Below, piece by piece: positions 58,468 to 64,000 of a stretch of 64,000 nt of DNA. Below the pieces are notes generated by a model. It saw only the letters and a list, made by a program, of their open reading frames with translations. It did no database searches and was not told the DNA's origin. Each line of letters begins with the position of its first letter. Positions within the stretch are counted from its first letter, which is position 1. The position numbers were made by a program, and so were the translations under genes. Source of the DNA: Candidatus Latescibacterota bacterium (lineage in GTDB: Bacteria; Latescibacterota; UBA2968; GCA-2709665); the NCBI GenBank assembly GCA_965205485.1, contig OZ242180.1:2400001-2464000 (forward strand). The letters run 5' to 3'.

Positions 58468-58698
58468 TCAAAGTTCTCCCTGCTCCCCGTCGGGAGCACT
58501 TCCAGGCTGGTTGCATTTTGCGATGACGGGACGAAAACCGTGATAGACGAAGGATGATGTAGCAGGTCGCAACGCCCGTAGACCACCCTTTCTCTTTCGT
58601 AAGACACATTCCAAAGGGTTCGGGTTCAACTAATCTGACCGCGCTCTGGCGCCCTCTCAAAGAATAACGAGCCGTGAGGACTGGCCACAACGGCTAAA

Positions 58699-58729
58699 CA
58701 AACAAGGGTCCTGAGCGGACCCTTGTTTG
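58699..58729. terminator. Terminator-like 13-bp hairpin
   Basis: CAAACAAGGGTCC-TGAGC-GGACCCTTGTTTG, downstream of the minus-strand operon. Confidence 0.65.
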
Positions 58730-58887
58730 GGAATGGCGAGTTATGTATTCGCTTACTGCGACAGGAACCGATTCGGTACCGGTGTAGCAGGCGTTCCGGT
58801 TACGGGTGAACGGCAAAAGGAGAGACGTGAGATGATCCCGTTTTCCATCCAACTCGGTGCGTCACTATTGCATCTGTTTCACGCAGG

Positions 58888-59406
58888 TCAAAACTGGATC
58901 TGCCTTCCTGCAAGATTGCTCAACAACAATTGAAATTCATCCATGCGTTGGTTGCCTCGGAAAATAAGCAAATTCACGCCTTCGATCCCCTCCGTCGTGG
59001 GGAAGTCGATCTGGTCGAGAAAGGCGAGAAACGCCTCGTGGAAGGTGGCCAGACCCTGCTCGTACCAATCGTGAATCCGGCGTAATTCGCTGTCGTCCGG
59101 CCGTATGGCACGCACCTGAACCTGGAGCGTCTCCAGGCGGGCGATCAGATTGGACATGAACTGTCGTGTCCAGTACCGCGAAACCACGCCGCCCGACCAA
59201 CCCTGGGTGATGGACCCGAATTCGGCATTCATCACGTTCACCGTCTGGTAGGTACGAAAAGCGTCTACGAGATACGCGTTAAAATCCGCGGCGTTAACCG
59301 ACACCATCGCACCCGTGGGGTATGGTGTCGGTTCGACCACCCCTACGGGATCCGAAGAACCACATCCCATACAGAAGACCAGGAGTATGCCCAGATGACG
59401 CTTCAT
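58888..59406 (-). CDS. Hypothetical lipoprotein
   Basis: MKRHLGILLVFCMGC signal peptide and lipobox; helical body. Confidence 0.6.
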   Translation of the reverse strand: MKRHLGILLVFCMGCGSSDPVGVVEPTPYPTGAMVSVNAADFNAYLVDAFRTYQTVNVMNAEFGSITQGWSGGVVSRYWTRQFMSNLIARLETLQVQVRAIRPDDSELRRIHDWYEQGLATFHEAFLAFLDQIDFPTTEGIEGVNLLIFRGNQRMDEFQLLLSNLAGRQIQF

Positions 59407-59448
59407 TTCTGCTATCCTCACAGCCAGCCGAATGCAACGCCGCAGTAG

Positions 59449-60390
59449 TCAATTCTGCGAAATGACGGACGGACTGCGACCGCCGTTAAGCGGCTTCTCG
59501 TACACTGCGCGCCGCAAAACCACCTCAAACCCAAGGCGGCGGTAGAGTCGAACGGCCGATTCCAGCGTTTCGCTGGTATTCAGGGTGGCTTCCCTGTACC
59601 CCAACGCTTTCAACTTGTGCAACGCACGCACGTTCAACAACCAACCCAGACCCTTCTTCCGGTGCTCAGGCACAACCGCAACCCAGTGAATCAGGCCGAC
59701 TTCCCTGCCCCGATACGTTGCCGTCCAGGCTGTTGTCGTGCCCACCGGCTCTTCGCCAAAAACCGCAAACAGAACTCGCTTCGGATCAAAGTGCGGCGAG
59801 TGCAGATATTCCTTTTCGAAGTCCGTGGCCGTCCAGGCCCGTCCGCCTGCGTTCTCGCTCATGAACGCCGCATTCTTGATACGGACGAATGCCGTGCCAT
59901 CGCCGGTTTCGTAGGTCCTGATCCGGTAACCCGCCGGCACATCAGCGTCGGGAAGGTCCTTGAGTTCCCGCCACATTCTCAGGCTCGCGCCGAACACGGG
60001 TTTCCATCCTGCTTGTTTCAGGAGTCCGGTTGCGGCCGCATTGACGCTGTCGACAGCCGAGCCGGTCCGCAATGCCTGAAAGCCGTTTTCGCGGGCAACC
60101 CCTTCCGCTTCCAACAGCAGGCGTCGACCCAACCCCGCACGCCGGCGGTCGGGATGAACCCCTATGAAACTCAGCTTCGCGACCCGCTCTCCGTCCGAAA
60201 ACGACATTGCGCAGACACCCGCGAGCGTCGGTCCGTCGAACGCCAGCACAGTCCCGTCGTTTCTCAGATTTTCGAGGACCTCCCTGGTCGGCGGCGTTAC
60301 ATCTCCTCCCCCCTCGCCGCATCGCGCCACCAGGTCCGCGAGATCCTGAATTGAAACGGACCCGTCCATCAACAGAAACGATGCGTTCAC
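59449..60390 (-). CDS. Tandem-domain GNAT N-acetyltransferase
   Basis: Two motif A segments (VHPDRRRAGLG, VVPEHRKKGLG) and A.RLY.RLGF. Confidence 0.9.
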   Translation of the reverse strand: MNASFLLMDGSVSIQDLADLVARCGEGGGDVTPPTREVLENLRNDGTVLAFDGPTLAGVCAMSFSDGERVAKLSFIGVHPDRRRAGLGRRLLLEAEGVARENGFQALRTGSAVDSVNAAATGLLKQAGWKPVFGASLRMWRELKDLPDADVPAGYRIRTYETGDGTAFVRIKNAAFMSENAGGRAWTATDFEKEYLHSPHFDPKRVLFAVFGEEPVGTTTAWTATYRGREVGLIHWVAVVPEHRKKGLGWLLNVRALHKLKALGYREATLNTSETLESAVRLYRRLGFEVVLRRAVYEKPLNGGRSPSVISQN

Positions 60391-61175
60391 GAGAGTTTTC
60401 CTTCCACATGATCCAGAAAAGCGGGATTTCCCGACGTCACGCCCCCGTCGGCCACCACAACCGAACCGGTTACGAACGACGCTTCGTCAGAGGCCAGAAA
60501 GAGCGCGACGTTCGCGATTTCTTCAGGTCTGCCCACGCGCTTGAGCGGATAAACCTCGGCGATACGTTCGAATATCTCCGGGTCCTTCTCAAGGACGTGC
60601 TGCCACCCCTCCGTGATGACGGTGCCGGGGCAGATTGCATTTACGCGCACGCCCCTGGGTCCGTGATCCACCGCTGTGGTTTTGGTGAGCGAGATGACGC
60701 CTGCCTTCGCCGCGCTGTACGCGCTCTCCCCAAACGACATGATTGCGTTGACGGACGATATATTCACAATGGATCCGCCGCCACGATCGATCAACCTCGG
60801 AAGCGCCGCACGGCTGCATAGGTACGTGCTCTTCAGGCAACCTTCGATATTCCGGTCCCATAAATCCGGATCGATATCCAGGACTTTGGTACCGTGGCAA
60901 TAATAGGCGTTGTTGACCAGTATATCAAGACCACCATATGACTTCAGGGCCACATCCAGCGCACGATTGACGTCCGCTTCATCAGTCGCGTTACCCACCA
61001 CGAGCGCGGCTTCGCCACCCGACTGTTCGATCGCCCCGATCACGGCCTCTCCACGGTCCCGATCGAGTTCCAATATTACAATCTTCGCGCCTTCTGATGC
61101 GAACCGCGCCGCCACGGCCTTGCCGATGCCCGCGCCGCCGCCCGTGATCCAGGCGACTTTTCCCTCTAACCGCAT
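60387..61175 (-). CDS. SDR-family oxidoreductase
   Basis: TGGGAGIG, LVNNA, YSAAK, NAICPG; AAGGAG RBS before ATG 61175. Confidence 0.95.
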   Translation of the reverse strand: MRLEGKVAWITGGGAGIGKAVAARFASEGAKIVILELDRDRGEAVIGAIEQSGGEAALVVGNATDEADVNRALDVALKSYGGLDILVNNAYYCHGTKVLDIDPDLWDRNIEGCLKSTYLCSRAALPRLIDRGGGSIVNISSVNAIMSFGESAYSAAKAGVISLTKTTAVDHGPRGVRVNAICPGTVITEGWQHVLEKDPEIFERIAEVYPLKRVGRPEEIANVALFLASDEASFVTGSVVVADGGVTSGNPAFLDHVEGKLS

Positions 61176-61340
61176 CGAATTCTCCTTTGCGTCATCCGGT
61201 CGACAATGCCATTGAGCCATCAGCTACGTCGCCAAATAATAACATCTTACAGACTTGTACCAATATACGGGAGTCGACAGTTCCTGTCAACGTGGAACGC
61301 GGGAAACAGACACGTGGTATTGGCGCCGACGGCGACGGGA

Positions 61341-61718
61341 TCACGCGCGTCGAATCCTGGGCGCGATTTCCAAAGAGCAGGTCTTGCGTCTTCCCGCGCG
61401 AACGTCGAGGACCTCGGCCAGTGCCGTTGACGCTTCGCGAACGAGGCACTCGGTATCGACTCCCCGGTGGCCGGGACTGTACGGCTTCAGTTTTCGGATG
61501 CCCCGGGTCAACAGGTGTTCGGCGCCCGCATAATTCTCGCACGTCAGGTGATAGAATCCGACCGCCACCTGAATCATGCCCTGAAAAAAGGGTCTTTCGG
61601 ATCCCCGCACATCCATCCAGACGTCCTCCCACGTGTCGTGAGACGCATAGAAGTCGCCGGCATTGAATTCGCGAATGCCCCGTTCGAACCTCTCGGTTAT
61701 ATCGGATATTGGATCCAC
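61341..61718 (-). CDS. DUF309-domain protein
   Basis: FN.G.FY.SHD.WE..W and QGMIQ.AVG.YH motifs. Confidence 0.88.
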   Translation of the reverse strand: MDPISDITERFERGIREFNAGDFYASHDTWEDVWMDVRGSERPFFQGMIQVAVGFYHLTCENYAGAEHLLTRGIRKLKPYSPGHRGVDTECLVREASTALAEVLDVRAGRRKTCSLEIAPRIRRA

Positions 61719-61798
61719 AATATCTCGCTTGTGTTCAGACGAAAATTCGAATCCTGGTTCGATGCCGGCAAGCGCTGTGTCCCGCTGGTCCCATCACA

Positions 61799-61827
61799 GT
61801 AGGGGCAGGTTTGAAACCTGCCCCTAC
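61799..61827. repeat. GTAG-type REP-like palindrome
   Basis: GTAGGGGCAGGTTTGAAACCTGCCCCTAC, perfect arms. Confidence 0.8.
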
Positions 61828-61997
61828 GTTCCCATTACCACCGATGCCGTACGACAATGGGTTACTGCATGTCGCGTTTCGCCCGCTACATCGTGAAGAT
61901 CCTTACACGCGCCGGGCTGCACGACCATAGGTATCGGCTCCTTAAAGTCGTCGCAAGCCTTTATTTAATGCGCATTACAACAGCTTGACGATGTTAA

Positions 61998-62019
61998 GGG
62001 CAGACAGGAATGTCTGCCC
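61998..62019. repeat. REP-like palindrome
   Basis: GGGCAGACA-GGAA-TGTCTGCCC; coordinates +/-1 because this printed line appears one base short. Confidence 0.55.
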
Positions 62020-62115
62020 CACCTTCTCGCGGGATTTCTTAGCGGCTCTATCGTTAAGGTGAAAAAAATGGCGGGCTCCGAACCATATAGAGCCCGCTTG
62101 CGACGAGTTTCAAAG

Positions 62116-62643
62116 CTAATTTCCCGATTCCAGTCCCATGTAGACTCCCCTCCTTCTGACGTACCCGTCCGTATTCTTCCTGAAATTCGCGATCTCCTCC
62201 TCCGTCAGTTCCCGCCTTACCCTGGCCGGCACGCCCGCGGCCAGCGTTCGGGGCGGGATCTCCATACCCTCGAGAACCAGCGCATTCGCCGCGACGAGCG
62301 ATTCCTCGCCGACCCGTGCCTGATTCAACACCGTTGCGCCCATTCCTATGGTGGCCCCACGATCTACCAGACAGCCGTGCAGAATCGCGTTGTGCCCGAC
62401 AGTCACGTACTCGCCCACGGTACAGGGACATCCCGGATCGGTATGCAGGACCGCACCGTCCTGGATATTGGACCTCCTGCCGACCCGGATCGGCTCCTCG
62501 TCACCGCGCAGCACCGCATTGAACCAGATACTCGCCTCTTCCGCGACACACACCCTTCCGACAAGTATCGCTCCGTCGGCCAGGAAGGCAGATTCATGAA
62601 CTTCCGGACGTGCGTCCAGATACGCCAGGCTTGTCAAATTCAC
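62116..62643 (-). CDS. Gamma-class carbonic anhydrase family (hexapeptide repeat) protein
   Basis: SIWFNAVLRGD, NIQDGAVLH, TVGHNAILHGC. Confidence 0.92.
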   Translation of the reverse strand: MNLTSLAYLDARPEVHESAFLADGAILVGRVCVAEEASIWFNAVLRGDEEPIRVGRRSNIQDGAVLHTDPGCPCTVGEYVTVGHNAILHGCLVDRGATIGMGATVLNQARVGEESLVAANALVLEGMEIPPRTLAAGVPARVRRELTEEEIANFRKNTDGYVRRRGVYMGLESGN

Positions 62644-62667
62644 ACCTCTCGTCTACCTGCCCGCAGG

Positions 62668-63723
62668 TCATCTGCCGCGGCGCCCACGCCTTTCACCGTC
62701 TTCACCGTCATCCGAGTCGCGATCCCGTCTGTCGCTTACGGGTCCCAGTACGAATTCACGTTTGCCGGGGCCGCCGCTGGAGCGGAACAGTCCCGTGAAA
62801 AACCCGATTGCTCCGGATATTGCGCCAAACAGAAGCGCTGTATCTTTGACCGGCGAGTTCGACTGCCAGCCGGCAAACGCACCCACTATGGCACCCGATA
62901 TGGCGCCTCCGACGCCCATCCGGACCGCAGTGCCGAGCTTTGTCGAACGTCTCCCGCGAAGGAACAGGACCCGATCGATATCATCGACCGGAACCCGCCT
63001 GGCGTCGAGACCGGTTTGTACCAGTATGGTCCCGTCGTCGTATTCCGGCAATAACTGTCCCTCGATCCGCTCACCGTCCTTCAGCACGACTCCTCCTCGA
63101 AGCCGGCGCGTAATTCCGGCCCGCGGACGCCGCTCTTCGAAGGAGATCTTCCGATCGGTATACCTGGGGTATTCTGCATCCTCCGGCAACCGGGATTCAA
63201 ACCCGATCTTGTATTTGCCCTTCCGGACCTCGTCGAAATGTTCGACATATTCCCGCAGCCGTCTGAGGGCATCCTCATCTCCGACCGGTACGGTCCTGTT
63301 GGCGATTTTCGGACCGGACCGGTACCGGATCCTTACCATTACGCGTTCTCCGCTCTTCAGAAAAGTGGCCGTCTGAATGCCGGGGATAGCCATATCGAGC
63401 AGACGCAGGGGGACCCTCTCGTTGTAGACGCTGCGTCCCTGGAACAGGGAGTAGCGGTTGCTCTCTTCCAGGTCGATCTCCGGTCCCACGAGCGGGCTCA
63501 GCACCACAAGGTTGCCCTCGATCTGCCGAACGTCCACGATGGCCCAGCCGGCATCCTCCAGGCCTTCGATTGTCCGGGTGGTTTTGGGACGATCTTCGCC
63601 ATCCCTTTCTGCCTTTTTCGCATCTTCAGCGCCCGATTCCGCCGCCCACGTCTGACCCGCGCCAACAAGGCTGGTCCACAGCACGCAGCTGGCGCATAAC
63701 AAAGCGATTGACTTTCGAAACAT
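62668..63723 (-). CDS. Hypothetical exported protein with C-terminal glycine-zipper helices
   Basis: Signal peptide MFRKSIALLCASCVLW; GVGGAISGAIVGAFAG. Confidence 0.6.
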   Translation of the reverse strand: MFRKSIALLCASCVLWTSLVGAGQTWAAESGAEDAKKAERDGEDRPKTTRTIEGLEDAGWAIVDVRQIEGNLVVLSPLVGPEIDLEESNRYSLFQGRSVYNERVPLRLLDMAIPGIQTATFLKSGERVMVRIRYRSGPKIANRTVPVGDEDALRRLREYVEHFDEVRKGKYKIGFESRLPEDAEYPRYTDRKISFEERRPRAGITRRLRGGVVLKDGERIEGQLLPEYDDGTILVQTGLDARRVPVDDIDRVLFLRGRRSTKLGTAVRMGVGGAISGAIVGAFAGWQSNSPVKDTALLFGAISGAIGFFTGLFRSSGGPGKREFVLGPVSDRRDRDSDDGEDGERRGRRGR

Positions 63724-63912
63724 AACCATCTCCCTGGATGTGGGGTGACTTCCCGGTACGACTTCAATGAAAGGCGGACCCTTCCAAAGGTCAAGCGCGG
63801 CAGACGATAACAAGAAAAAAACGGGTCGTCGACCCGCGCGCCTGCAGTCAGCCCGTGCGTTGCACTGCCACGTAAACGCCCGATCGGACGCAAAGTTCCG
63901 TCTCCCGGATTG

Positions 63913-64000
63913 TTACGCCGGTTCGTCCTTCAGATCCTCGATCTCGGCGGTGATGCCATCCATAATATAGGGTCGAAATTTCCTGAACATCGTCCGTCGC
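63913..64000 (-). CDS. 3' end of an unidentified CDS cut by the window edge
   Basis: Open frame ...RRTMFRKFRPYIMDGITAEIEDLKDEPA*. Confidence 0.5.
   Translation of the reverse strand, partial: RRTMFRKFRPYIMDGITAEIEDLKDEPA

Overview
GC-rich bacterial chromosome segment. The WD40 protein with a twin Dx[DN]xDG tail, together with GWxTD, DUF5916, DUF4159/DUF4175 and MoxR genes, resembles FCB-group lineages such as Ca. Latescibacterota or Gemmatimonadota (inference only). 1-15.4 kb holds mixed accessory genes, including a possible PD-(D/E)XK + PIN toxin-antitoxin-like pair and a GtrA + DUF2723 glycosylation pair. The most notable region is 15.8-27.3 kb, a double-glycine-leader peptide (bacteriocin/RiPP-like) locus. 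It has three small precursor ORFs with alignable L(-12)...GG leaders and divergent cores, two DUF3267-like HEXXH membrane peptidases (one frameshifted), a C39-peptidase ABC exporter with two N-terminal cNMP-binding domains, HlyD, a PpiC-type PPIase and two tandem CPBP/Abi proteases. No tailoring enzyme is visible in the window. The locus also has two sigma54-type promoters, a tandem palindromic operator and a promoter-driven, highly structured candidate ncRNA. 27-64 kb is mostly housekeeping (lysA, tRNA-Leu, lptD, dtd, maf, rodZ-like, priA, flippase, MoxR operon) plus enzymes and hypotheticals. Two families of short palindromic (REP-like) repeats occur, one as a nested copy. All family calls come from motif recognition by eye; no searches were run.
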